64,000 bases of DNA from Candidatus Hydrogenedentota bacterium (GTDB lineage Bacteria > Hydrogenedentota > Hydrogenedentia > Hydrogenedentales > JAEUWI01), in the NCBI GenBank assembly GCA_034669905.1, contig JAXMOL010000010.1, positions 97,037 through 161,036 of the forward strand, written 5' to 3'. The position numbers were made by a program, and so were the translations under genes. Positions 21,238-31,600 of this stretch are shown here, piece by piece. The notes under the pieces were generated by a model that had not been told where the DNA came from, ran no database searches, and saw only the letters and a program-made list of their open reading frames with translations. The number at the start of each line of letters is the position of its first letter. Position 1 is the stretch's first letter.

Positions 21238-21730
21238 AACGACGAAGTCTACCAGAAATCGGGGCCCGTTGCATCCCGTAGTTGCCCTGCCACCCGCTGA
21301 AGCACCGAGACATTGGGTCGGAAACGCCCAAGCGGGTGCGCTCGAATCAGCCGCCTCCTGAATGTATGCGTTGACGGAACGTTGGCCATTGCTTGCTATC
21401 GGTACGCAAACGCTCTAGTATGACCGGTACGGCCCCGACCGTCTGGGATTTTCCGGAGATCGTGCGAAATACATGGCCTTATCCCGCTCTCAAGTATCCG
21501 GACAGAATCCGGTACCGAGGGGATTGGGAAGGGGCATCCCCGCACGAATGACCGAATTTTCGTCCTTTTCTCAGCCCGTTGACGCCTGCGTTGTGTGAGA
21601 CGTAGAATAAATTGATCGTGTAGGGTGTATAGAGAGCATAGCATGTTGGCCCTGCGACGGCATTCCCGCCGTTGGAACCCGTGCCATCAAGCAGAATAAC
21701 GCCCGTCGAATGGATAGAGGAATCCTGATT

Positions 21731-23455
21731 ATGAAGTGGATGTTGGGTATTATCTGGGTGCTTCTATTGGCGATATCGCCCGTCCAGGCGCAGGAAACGA
21801 GTGAAGCCACCGAAGATTCGCCGGAGACTCCGGTCACGGTCGACGCAGTGGCCACTACGGATGCCACCGCTTCGGAAGGAAATTCCGACTCGGAACCCTT
21901 CGTCGTCATTTGCCCCATTGAAGGCGAGATCGACGAAGGCATCGCCGTCGTGGTGGAACGGGCTGCCCGCGAAGCCGAAGGAGCCGAAGCCCTCCTCTTT
22001 GTAATCAACACCCCCGGTGGACGGGTGGACTCGGCCATCGAGATTACCTCCGCCATCATGAGCGTGGAATGCCCCACCATCGCCTACATCGAAGGCATGG
22101 GGGCCATTTCGGCCGGCGCCATCATCAGCTATTCGTGCGACTTTATCTACATGGCCGAGGGCACCAACATCGGTGCCTCCACCCCCATCATGCCCGGCGT
22201 GGAAACGACCGAGGCGATGGACGAGAAATCCAACTCCTTTGTCCGGGCCAAATACCGCGCCCTGGGCGAGGCCAATGGTCACGATCCCCTGTTGGGCGAG
22301 GCCATGGTCGACCGTAACATGGAAGTCCGGGGCTATCGCAATCCCGATGGCACCTACCACATCTTCAAAGTCGAAGACTCGGTCTCCCGTGACGGCGGCT
22401 CGAAAAAATCCAAGTCCGGCGACGTCCTCGACAAGATCCTCGACGCCGTCTCGGAAGACAGCGGCGATGGCAGCAACGACGACGTTACCGAGGTGCTCAA
22501 GAAAATCCTGGGTGCCGCTGCGGGCGTGGAAGAGTTCAGCTCCGATGATGGTGCCGCCATGGAAGACGACGAGTACAACTTCATCGTCGAAAACACCGAG
22601 CTCATCAGTGCCCGGGGCGAATTGTTGACCATGACCTCCAAAGAGGCGGCCCATTTCGGCCTGGCAGCAGCCATGACCACCGACGTGGACGACACCCTCC
22701 GCGAATTCCTCCTGGGCAGCGTCAACCGTAAGACCATCACCCCCACCTGGGAAGAAGCCCTCTTCGCCCTGCTGACGAGCCCCACGATTGCGGGCCTCCT
22801 CCTCATGGCCGGCCTGGGCGGCATCTATGTGGAAGTGCGTACTCCCGGCTTTGGTGCCCCCGGCATTATCGGCACCGTGTGCCTGGCCCTGTTCTTCGGC
22901 TCCCACATGGTCATCGGAATGACGGACTGGGTAGACATTGCCCTCATCATCGCAGGCTTCCTGTTGATTCTCGCGGAAGTGTTTCTATTACCCGGCTTCG
23001 GCCTCGCCGGCATCCTGGGCTTTGTCTGCCTCATGGGTGGGGCCTACCTGGCCCTCGTCCAGGCACCGATTCCAGACTTCTCCTGGGATGTAGCCCGCAC
23101 GCAAGAGGCCTTTTACACCCTCTCCGTCGGCTTTTTTGCCTTCATTGCCTTCGTGGTGATTTCGGGCTTTGTACTACCCTACAGCCCCCTCGGAAGCGCC
23201 CTGATTATGAGTACCGTACTGGACAATGAGTCGGGCTATACTTCCCAGACCTCTGAAGAAGCCCAGTCGGCACTCGGGCTGAAAGGCATCGCCGCATCGG
23301 CCCTGCGCCCCGCCGGTAAAGGGCGTTTCGGAAACAAAAAATACGACGTGGTTACCCGAGGCGAGTTCCTGGACAAGGATACGCCCATCGAGATTATCCA
23401 GTCCGATGGCAACCGCTATGTCGTCACCGAGCGGGAAGACTCCGCCGACGCCTGA
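21731..23455 (+). CDS. nfeD: Long-form NfeD membrane-bound ClpP-class serine protease
   Basis: Signal peptide, INTPGG, AISAG, TM block with PGFG motifs, C-terminal OB fold LRPAGKG. Confidence 0.88.
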   Translation: MKWMLGIIWVLLLAISPVQAQETSEATEDSPETPVTVDAVATTDATASEGNSDSEPFVVICPIEGEIDEGIAVVVERAAREAEGAEALLFVINTPGGRVDSAIEITSAIMSVECPTIAYIEGMGAISAGAIISYSCDFIYMAEGTNIGASTPIMPGVETTEAMDEKSNSFVRAKYRALGEANGHDPLLGEAMVDRNMEVRGYRNPDGTYHIFKVEDSVSRDGGSKKSKSGDVLDKILDAVSEDSGDGSNDDVTEVLKKILGAAAGVEEFSSDDGAAMEDDEYNFIVENTELISARGELLTMTSKEAAHFGLAAAMTTDVDDTLREFLLGSVNRKTITPTWEEALFALLTSPTIAGLLLMAGLGGIYVEVRTPGFGAPGIIGTVCLALFFGSHMVIGMTDWVDIALIIAGFLLILAEVFLLPGFGLAGILGFVCLMGGAYLALVQAPIPDFSWDVARTQEAFYTLSVGFFAFIAFVVISGFVLPYSPLGSALIMSTVLDNESGYTSQTSEEAQSALGLKGIAASALRPAGKGRFGNKKYDVVTRGEFLDKDTPIEIIQSDGNRYVVTEREDSADA

Positions 23456-23492
23456 TAGGCATCAGTGGCCCCCATAAACGAAGGAGTTTACT

Positions 23493-23801
23493 ATGCGCGA
23501 GGCGCTCATGAGCATGTTGCACCAATTGCTGAAGGAGATGGACTACGTCCAGTCTCAAGGGGCGGGTTACTATACCTGTGCGCCTTTTGCCCAGCGCTTC
23601 AACAAACTCACCGTCCAGGCCGCCCGAATGCTGGGTGAAGACAACGCCCTCGTGCAGAGTTTCGAGCCCATCGACGAAAGCGACCCGAAAGACCCTGCGG
23701 ACAAGAGCAAGCGCTTGCTCGGGATTCGCATTGAAATTGGACAGCTGATCGCGCTGCTGGAAGCCACGGCGCCACGTAACCCGGAGTCTGACAACGCATG
23801 A
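23493..23801 (+). CDS. Hypothetical 102-aa protein in nfeD-floA operon
   Basis: AAGGAG RBS, ATGA overlap with next gene. Confidence 0.75.
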   Translation: MREALMSMLHQLLKEMDYVQSQGAGYYTCAPFAQRFNKLTVQAARMLGEDNALVQSFEPIDESDPKDPADKSKRLLGIRIEIGQLIALLEATAPRNPESDNA

Positions 23802-24271
23802 TTTGGCCCCTCTTACTCTTTGTCCTGGGCGTCTCGCTGATCGTCCTGGAATTTGTTATCCCCGGTGCCGTTGCGGGCATCGCAGGTGTGGTGCTGCTCT
23901 TCGTATCCGCCGGTATTGGCATGGCCAACTATCCCGATGCCAAGCTCCTCATTATTATGGGGGAATTTTTTGGCGCCGCCGTGGGCATCGGCCTGGGATT
24001 GATCTTGCTGTCGCGAACGAGCCGTACGACGGGACTCTCCCTGGAGACCAATCTTTCGGAGGCGGCCGGATATACCAATATGGCCTCCAACCAGGCCCTG
24101 GTCGGCAAGACGGGTACGGTCATGACGGCCCTCCGCCCATCCGGCACTATCATTATCGATGAGGAACGTCTCGACGCCGTTTCCGATGGCGATTTCATCG
24201 ACGAAAATGAAAACGTCGTGGTATTAGAAGTACACGGCAACCGCGTGGTTGTCGAAAAATTGGAATCATAG
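23798..24271 (+). CDS. Short-form NfeD family protein
   Basis: Three TM helices (EFVIPG), C-terminal LVGKTG..LRPSG OB fold. Confidence 0.88.
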   Translation: MIWPLLLFVLGVSLIVLEFVIPGAVAGIAGVVLLFVSAGIGMANYPDAKLLIIMGEFFGAAVGIGLGLILLSRTSRTTGLSLETNLSEAAGYTNMASNQALVGKTGTVMTALRPSGTIIIDEERLDAVSDGDFIDENENVVVLEVHGNRVVVEKLES

Positions 24272-24322
24272 GCCCCCGTGGCCGTTGGAAACATCACTCA
24301 CAACTCTGAAAGGGTATAGACC

Positions 24323-25321
24323 GTGGCTGACAATGTAATGTGGATTTTCGCCGTCATCGGAGGGATCATCGTACTGGTCCTCGGTGGCCTTATGCTGAGC
24401 TTTTTCTCGCTCTGGATTCAGGCCCTCGCATCGGGGGCCAAAGTCAGCCTGCCCAGCCTCATCTTCATGAAGCTGCGGAAGGTGCGCCCCCAGACCATCG
24501 TTCACAGCCGGATCAACGCGGTGAAGGCGGGGCTCAACCTGGGCGTCAATGAACTCGAAGCCCACTACCTTGCCGGGGGCGACGTGCCCCGCGTGGTGGC
24601 CGCCCTGATCGCCGCAAGTAAGGCCAATATCGCCCTCACCTTTCAGCAAGCCACCGCCATCGATCTGGCGGGCCGCGACGTGCTGGAAGCCGTAAAAACT
24701 TCCGTGCACCCCAAGGTCATCGATTGCCCCGACCCCAGCCGGGGCACGGACACGGTGGCGGCAGTCGCCATGGATGGTATCCAGCTCAAGGCCAAGGCCA
24801 AGGTAACGGTCCGTACCAACATCAATCGCCTGGTCGGTGGTGCTACGGAAGAGACCATCATCGCCCGTGTGGGGGAAGGTATCGTAACCACCATCGGTTC
24901 TTCCGAGACCCACAAGAAGGTCCTGGAAAACCCCGACATGATCTCCAAGGTCGTGCTCCAGCGCGGTCTGGATGCCGGTACGGCCTTCGAAATCCTCTCC
25001 ATTGATATCGCGGATATTGACGTGGGTGAGAACATCGGTGCCCACCTGCAGATCAAGCAGGCCGAAGCCGACAAGCAGATCGCCCAGGCCCGGGCCGAAG
25101 AGCGGCGCGCCATGGCCAAGGCCCGCGAAGCCGAAATGCAGGCCCAGGTCATCGAGATGCAGGCCAAAGTCACCGAGGCCGAGGCCGAAGTGCCCCGCGC
25201 CATGGCCGATGCCTTCCGCAGCGGCAACATGGGCATCATGGACTACTACAAAATGAAAAACGTCATGGCCGATACGGACATGCGTGAGTCCATCGCCAAA
25301 GAAGACGAAGACGAAAAGTAA
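24323..25321 (+). CDS. floA: Flotillin-like protein FloA (YqfA/UPF0365)
   Basis: [53 protein letters not shown]. Confidence 0.93.
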   Translation: MADNVMWIFAVIGGIIVLVLGGLMLSFFSLWIQALASGAKVSLPSLIFMKLRKVRPQTIVHSRINAVKAGLNLGVNELEAHYLAGGDVPRVVAALIAASKANIALTFQQATAIDLAGRDVLEAVKTSVHPKVIDCPDPSRGTDTVAAVAMDGIQLKAKAKVTVRTNINRLVGGATEETIIARVGEGIVTTIGSSETHKKVLENPDMISKVVLQRGLDAGTAFEILSIDIADIDVGENIGAHLQIKQAEADKQIAQARAEERRAMAKAREAEMQAQVIEMQAKVTEAEAEVPRAMADAFRSGNMGIMDYYKMKNVMADTDMRESIAKEDEDEK

Positions 25322-25335
25322 ATTGACGGGTGCCT

Positions 25336-25365
25336 GCCTTTCCGGGAATTGATTCCCGGAAAGGC
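25336..25365. terminator. Perfect 14-bp stem hairpin after floA (no U-tract; attenuator or mRNA stabiliser)
   Basis: gcctttccgggaat-tg-attcccggaaaggc. Confidence 0.5.
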
Positions 25366-25398
25366 ACGGCCCTTTCCGGCAAACGACGGAGAGTGACC

Positions 25399-25503
25399 AT
25401 GGAACAATATCTCGGCGTTATCATTTTTTATGTCATCGTCGCTTCCGTGGTACTTATCGTACTCCGGAGAAAAATCCGCGCACGGGAGGATGATCGGGAC
25501 TAA
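25399..25503 (+). CDS. 34-aa single-TM small protein (below ORF-track cutoff)
   Basis: GGAGAG RBS; MEQYLGVIIFYVIVASVVLIVLRRKIRAREDDRD; positive-inside residues after the TM. Confidence 0.6.
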   Translation: MEQYLGVIIFYVIVASVVLIVLRRKIRAREDDRD

Positions 25504-25574
25504 GCCCCCGACCCGAAACGCACCGCGCGAAAAGCATACGAAACGAAATCTCAACCTGAACGACAGGTGTGGTC

Positions 25575-26258
25575 ATGGAAGAACTTCTCGGATTAATCAT
25601 ATTTGGTGTCATCGCCGCGATCAGTGGCCTTGCCAAGCTGATGGAAAAGCGCAAGGAAGAGGCCCAGCGCAGTCAGCGTGGACCCCGCAAGAGCGTCGAT
25701 GAACTTCCGGAAGCCACCCGCCGCATGCTTTACGGCGATGGTGCCCCGCCCGTCGCCCGTAAACGGGGAGAAGGTCCCCCCACTGCAACCCCCCGTCAGG
25801 CCGCACCGGCTCCCCAGCGGCGCCCCGTGCCCACCCCGGCGCAACGGCAGTCCGCGCCGGCACGTCCCGTTAGCCCTCCCCGCCGTCAGGCACCGACACC
25901 ACCGCCCGTGCCCCAACGTCGCCCCGTGCCCGCCCAACCGGTACAACAGCGCCAGCCAACACGGCCCCGCCCCGTCGCACAACCCCGTCGCTCGGCACCC
26001 CAACGTCCGGCCCACCAGACCCTGCGCGAAAACTGGCAACAGGCCCAACGGCCGACCCAACGTACCCAACAGCCCGCAACCACCCGCGCCACGGAAACGC
26101 AACGGCCTTCCCAAGACCATGCCGGCCGCGAAAGCACCCGCCGTCGCACCAGTCGAAAGCGCCGCTCGTCGATCAAGGCCCTTCTTCACCACCCGGAAAC
26201 GCTCAAAACGAGTATTATCCTCCACGAAGTGCTGAGCCAGCCCAAATCCATGCGCTGA
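25575..26258 (+). CDS. Membrane-anchored Pro/Arg/Gln-rich protein (YqfB-like position downstream of floA)
   Basis: N-terminal TM, low-complexity linker, C-terminal LKTSIILHEVLSQPKSMR motif. Confidence 0.75.
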   Translation: MEELLGLIIFGVIAAISGLAKLMEKRKEEAQRSQRGPRKSVDELPEATRRMLYGDGAPPVARKRGEGPPTATPRQAAPAPQRRPVPTPAQRQSAPARPVSPPRRQAPTPPPVPQRRPVPAQPVQQRQPTRPRPVAQPRRSAPQRPAHQTLRENWQQAQRPTQRTQQPATTRATETQRPSQDHAGRESTRRRTSRKRRSSIKALLHHPETLKTSIILHEVLSQPKSMR

Positions 26259-26394
26259 ACACGACTTCCTGCCCCGATTTTCCAGACGGCCCCGTCGACT
26301 AACCCGAATTATGGGCACACGCAGCCCTTCCCCTACTACAAATCGTCCCATTATTAGACGATGCCGTAAATATGGGTTTGAAATTTCCAATAAT

Positions 26395-26427
26395 CCTATT
26401 GCTAAATTTTCCGATTACGGGTACTAT
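26395..26427 (+). promoter_or_regulatory. sigma70-type promoter of DUF1559 gene 1
   Basis: TTGCTA(26399)-17 bp-TACTAT(26422); CCTATTGCT shared with the promoter of the paralogue. Confidence 0.65.
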
Positions 26428-26586
26428 TAGGGGCACCGTAGATGGCGTGAGCAGACGACTTCCAGATTGAAGCGGAAAGGAGGGTCGGAATAGCAATATG
26501 CTTCTTCGGGTCCGTCATGTATCACCCATCCTGTTCTGTCTTTATCCCCTACTTACCAGTCGTTACAGTCAAGGAATTATAACCAC

Positions 26587-27633
26587 ATGAAACGAAACGG
26601 ATTTACTCTGATCGAGTTGCTCGTCGTGATTGCGATTATCGGCATTCTCGCCGCGATTCTGCTTCCCGCACTGGCCCGTGCCCGGGAAGCCGCCCGGCGT
26701 GCCAGTTGCCAGAACAATCTCAAACAGCTGGGCCTCACGCTGAAGATGTACGCCAATGAAAGCGCCGGCGAGAAGTTCCCCCCCCTCGGATACGTGGCCG
26801 AACAGGCCGTCGATTGTGCTGCGGGCGGCAACAATGCCACCATCGAAGCCTCTCCCGTTGCCGGCGAAGCCATGAACACCTACTTCGGACCGTATGTGGG
26901 TGCGATTTATCCGGAATACCTGTCGGATGCCAACACCCTGGCATGTCCCTCGGAGACAGATCCCCCGGCCACCACCAATCCCGATTCCGGTGAGGATGCT
27001 ATCCACCTGCCGTGTAACCTCAACGACTTCGGTCAGGCCCAGACCGATGAGAGCTATTTCTACATTCCCTACCTCATGGATCAGCTCAATACGCAGGATC
27101 CGGACAAACTGATTCCGGTGGCTGCGCTTGTACCCTTCGATCCTGATTTCGGGGCCGCCGATCCGACGGTGCTGGTACCTGAGCAAATCGTGGGCGTCTT
27201 GGGCTACGTTTCCATTGGTGTCAGTGGGACGGTCCGTGACAATGCCGTGGCCGCCGACGCCGGCGGTGGCACAGCCGGCTATGACGCCGTCTGGAACGCC
27301 CTCACCTCCGCAATCGATGTAGCCGCCATTGGCGGTGCCCTGGGTGCCGATTTCGCAGGCTCCGGCAGCGGCGAGGGTGACGACGTTCTTTTCCTCCGCG
27401 AAGGGATCGAGCGCTTCACCATCACCGACATTAACAACCCGGCGGCGGGTGCCCAGGCCCAGTCCACCATGCCCGTCATGGCGGATCTGGTTGCCACGAA
27501 GGTGGAAGCCTATAACCACCTTCCCGGCGGCGCCAACATCCTGTACATGGATGGACACGTGGAGTTTGTGAAATACCCGGGTAAAGACTACGTGACCGAA
27601 GGTTTTGCCTGGCTCATTGGTCTCATCGCCTGA
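26587..27633 (+). CDS. DUF1559 prepilin-type N-terminal cleavage/methylation, H-X9-DG protein
   Basis: [45 protein letters not shown]. Confidence 0.93.
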   Translation: MKRNGFTLIELLVVIAIIGILAAILLPALARAREAARRASCQNNLKQLGLTLKMYANESAGEKFPPLGYVAEQAVDCAAGGNNATIEASPVAGEAMNTYFGPYVGAIYPEYLSDANTLACPSETDPPATTNPDSGEDAIHLPCNLNDFGQAQTDESYFYIPYLMDQLNTQDPDKLIPVAALVPFDPDFGAADPTVLVPEQIVGVLGYVSIGVSGTVRDNAVAADAGGGTAGYDAVWNALTSAIDVAAIGGALGADFAGSGSGEGDDVLFLREGIERFTITDINNPAAGAQAQSTMPVMADLVATKVEAYNHLPGGANILYMDGHVEFVKYPGKDYVTEGFAWLIGLIA

Positions 27634-27739
27634 TTTTACCTCCTTCTTTTTCCATGCCCCCGGCCCCGTCGCCGGGGGCATTGCTGTATCCAGCCCCCCC
27701 ATTTTGGAACGGCTCCGTCGCAGGAATGGGGCTTATTTA

Positions 27740-27768
27740 TTGACTCGTCTGCGTACATTGACTATACT
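27740..27768 (+). promoter_or_regulatory. sigma70-type promoter of PEP-CTERM gene
   Basis: TTGACT-17 bp-TATACT. Confidence 0.65.
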
Positions 27769-27856
27769 AAGAGTCTTGGTGGCTGCAGATCATGGGTGTG
27801 TGCGAAGGGCATTTCTTGCCTACATGCCCCTATTAACCGCATGGGCGAGGAATATC

Positions 27857-28450
27857 ATGTTGAAAAAATTACTCTTTGGTGGCGCATTCGCGCTCCTGTT
27901 GTCTTTCACGGCGCAGGCGACTCTCATCGGTGATGATATCGATGGAACCAGTTCCGGCATTGTAGGCTTTGACGATACGGATGTCATCGTATCGGCGACG
28001 TCCGTAGAGTTCGATGGCAGCGTCACAGGAACTAGTTCGTTCCTATTCGATGCGTATTTTGACTTTTTCGCACCGGCAACGACGGACGTGCTCTCGATCT
28101 ATATCGAAGCAGCCAGTGCCAGTGCAGCCACGGATACGCTGAATTTTTCGGTGACCTTTTCGGATTTGAATTGGGTGGGCGAACCCACGCGGATTCTGGC
28201 AGGGCTCAATCTGACCTTGGACGACCCCGGTGCGTTGGCCGGTGCGGGTCTTTCCGCCACCTTTAGCGATCATTCCTTTACGCTGATGTTCACGGACTTC
28301 TACGTGGACGAGTTTCGCGAATTGGAAATTGAACTCGAGACGGAACTCGACACGTCGGTTTCCACGCCCGATCCCGTTCCGGAGCCGGCAACCGTCGCCC
28401 TCCTCAGCATGGGCCTCTTCGGCATGGCACTCCGCAAAAAGCGGGCATAA
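27857..28450 (+). CDS. PEP-CTERM sorting-domain surface protein
   Basis: GAGGA RBS, signal peptide ending AQA, C-terminal VPEPATVALLSMGLFGMALRKKRA. Confidence 0.9.
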   Translation: MLKKLLFGGAFALLLSFTAQATLIGDDIDGTSSGIVGFDDTDVIVSATSVEFDGSVTGTSSFLFDAYFDFFAPATTDVLSIYIEAASASAATDTLNFSVTFSDLNWVGEPTRILAGLNLTLDDPGALAGAGLSATFSDHSFTLMFTDFYVDEFRELEIELETELDTSVSTPDPVPEPATVALLSMGLFGMALRKKRA

Positions 28451-28474
28451 TCGCCTCACTGGACTGTGTATTTC

Positions 28475-28503
28475 AGACCCTCCTTCGGGAGGGTCTTTTT
28501 TTT
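28475..28503 (+). terminator. Rho-independent terminator
   Basis: agaccctcc-ttcg-ggagggtct + T-run. Confidence 0.88.
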
Positions 28504-28673
28504 GACCCCGCCCGTGCTGGACAGAACCCACCACAATGTTTTACCCTTCCTGATGATGGTATCGGCGTGCCTTCTCCGTCGGGCGGAAGGGCCCCGTCTA
28601 CCATGCGCACACCTGTCGGTTATGGCCATCCGGCCACCGGACTGACCCAATGATGAATTACCTGGAGGAACCC

Positions 28674-31600
28674 ATGAACCCAAACGTTAATCCCATCGGC
28701 CGTGCGCTTTGCGCCACCGCCCTGCTCCTGGCAGGAGCCCTGCTCCCTGTCGGTACCGTGTCGGCCGAAGAAGAATTCACCCCCCTCTTCAACGGAAAAG
28801 ACCTTTCCGGTTGGACCGGGCAACCCGGCATCTGGCGCGTCGAAGAGGGCGAGATTATCGGCTCAAGCCACGGCGTCAAGCTGGAGCACAACACCTTCCT
28901 TTCCACGGAAAAGTCCTACAGCGACTTCGTTTTGCGTGCCAAGGTAAAGCTCATCAACCACAACAGTGGCATCCAGTTCCGCAGCGACCAGCTCGAAGAC
29001 TTCGCCGTGGCGGGCTACCAGGCCGACGTGGCTGAAAAGACCTACTTCGGCATGCTCTATGAAGAAAAGAAACGGGGTATTCTTCCCTACTGGAACGAAT
29101 ACACCGAAGACGAACGGGCCGCTGTGTTTGCCGCCGCCAACCTGGACGGGTGGAACGAATACGAAATCACCTGCGAAGGCGATCACGTAAAAATCGTGCT
29201 CAATGGCTACACCACCCTGGATTTTAAAGACCCCGAAGGCGCGAAGGCGGGCATCATCGCCCTCCAGATTCACACGGGTCCCGAGATGGAGGTCCGCTTT
29301 AAGGACATCGCCATCAAGGAACTGAATAAAAAAAAAACGGCCGTTAAAGACGGAGAATTAATGCCCGACTTCGAGGCCCGGGAGGCAAAAATGGCTTTCC
29401 TGGGGGAGCGCTTTCGGCTTCCCGACGGATTCTCCGTTGAGGAAGTCGCCAGTAATGCGCTTATCGGCTCCGTAATCAATATGACCTTTGACCATCTTGG
29501 GCGCCCTGTCATGGGCGCCCAGGATGAAGGGGTCCGCATCTTGCTCGATGAAGATGGCGACGGCATCTACGACGCCCAGAAGAGCTTCAGCGAACAGGTC
29601 ACGCGGATCATGGCCCTCCACTACCTGGCCCCCGGCGACTTGCTGGTGCAGGGTAATGGCGCAGAAGGCCCGGGCCTCTACCGCCTTACCGATGAAAACG
29701 GGGATGACGAGGCCGATCAGGTCAAACTCCTCATGAAGTCCGACGGCGGCATGGGTGAGCATGGTCCCCACGCCGTACTCCGGGGCCCCGACGGCTACCT
29801 CTATATTCAATATGGGAACCACGCCCACCCTATCGTGGATGAACACCCCCTTTCCCCCAGTCGCAACCTGCAGGAAGACTTTTTCCTGGAGCGCTATGTC
29901 GACCCCCGGGGGCACGCTAACAACATTATGGCCCCGGGCGGCACTATCCTCCGTGTCGATCCCGAGTTCCAGGAATGGCACCAGTTGGCTGCCGGATTCC
30001 GCAATGCCTATGACATGAGTATGGACGCCACCGGCGAACTCTTTACCTTCGACTCCGATATGGAGTGGGACTATGGCCTCCCGTGGTACCGCCCCATTCG
30101 CGTCATCCATGCCGTCCCCGGCGGCGACTATGGCTGGCGTACCGGTTCCTCCAAAATGCCCGACTACTATCTCGACACCCTGCCCGGCGTGGATGATGTG
30201 GGCCGGGGCTCTCCCGTGGGCGTCGCCTTTTACGAACACAATGCCTTCCCCGACTCCTACAAGGGAGCCTTCTTCATGGGAGACTGGTCCCGTGGGCGTA
30301 TCCGCGTCATCTTCCCCAAGGCCGAAGGAGCCACCTTCGCCGGCGATACGGTCGACTTCCTCGTTGGCGAACCCCTCAACGTGACCGACCTCGACGTCGG
30401 TCCCGATGGCGCCCTCTATTTCACCCTGGGTGGACGGGGCACCCACGGCGGGCTCTTCCGCGTCACCTACGACGACCAGGCCGCCACACCAACCGTCCCA
30501 ACCACAATCGAGGACGTTTTGACCCAGCCCATGCCCCGTTCGGCGTGGGGCCGTCATGCCATTGCCCAGGCCAAAGAAGCCCTCGGGGCAGGATGGGCGA
30601 CGGGACTGCAGGCCGCGGTGGCCAATCCAGAAATCCCCGGCATGCAACGGATTCGTGCGTTGGAGTCCCTTCAGGTTTACGGCCCCAAGCCCGACGCCCC
30701 CTTGCTCAGCACGCTGGCCCGGGACCCCGATGCCCTCGTCCGGGGTGCTGCGGTGTTTCTTATGGGCACGGACCAGCTGGAACGCTACCGCGAACCCCTC
30801 ATTAATGCCTTGTACGACAAGGACCCCACGGTGGCCCGTCGTGCCTGCGAAGCACTCGTTCGTGCCGGGCTGAATGAATCCACCCGCGTAGAATCCCACG
30901 AGGGACTCATCTCGGGCCTCTACCTCCTCCTCGATCACCCGGACCGTCACCTGCGCTACGCCGCACGCCACACCCTGGAACGGATCCACCGGGACCTGTG
31001 GTCAGACCATATCCTGAGTGATGATTTCGAGCGCCGTCCCCGGGGCGTCCTGGAGGGCATGCTCGCCCTCATTGAAACCCAGCGGGCCGCCAGTCATGCG
31101 GACGCCATCTTCACCCGCCTGGAAACGCTCAGCCGCCAACCCATGGAGGAAGCCATCCTGCTCGACTTTCTCCGGGTCGTGCAGATGGCCTTCATCCGCG
31201 ACGTGACCGATGGCGATCGCCTGGCCCAGTTCAAGGCGGCACTCGGCGGCCGCATGCTGGCCCAGTTCCCGGCCGAAGACATGCGGGTCAATCGGGAACT
31301 TCAGGCGGTCATCGCCTACCTTCAGCCCCCTGGTGCCATCGAAGCCTTGTTGGCCTACCTCACGCCGGACACGTCGCAAGAGGAGCAAATCTACACCATG
31401 TATGCCCTCCGCACCATTTCGGAAGGCTGGACCGAGGAAACGCGTAATCAGGCCGTGGCCTGGTTTGACCGGGGCCGGGAAATGGATGGGGCCGCCAGTA
31501 TGGAAGGCTTCATCAACAACATGTGGGACAGCCTGCTGACCCACCTGCCGGAAACCGAGCGGGTCATCGCCCAGGAACGGAAGGCCAAGGCCCTCGCGGA

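Noticed and set aside
21238..21730. Possible riboswitch in the long divergent intergenic region
   Set aside because: Only an isolated hairpin; no recognisable aptamer consensus
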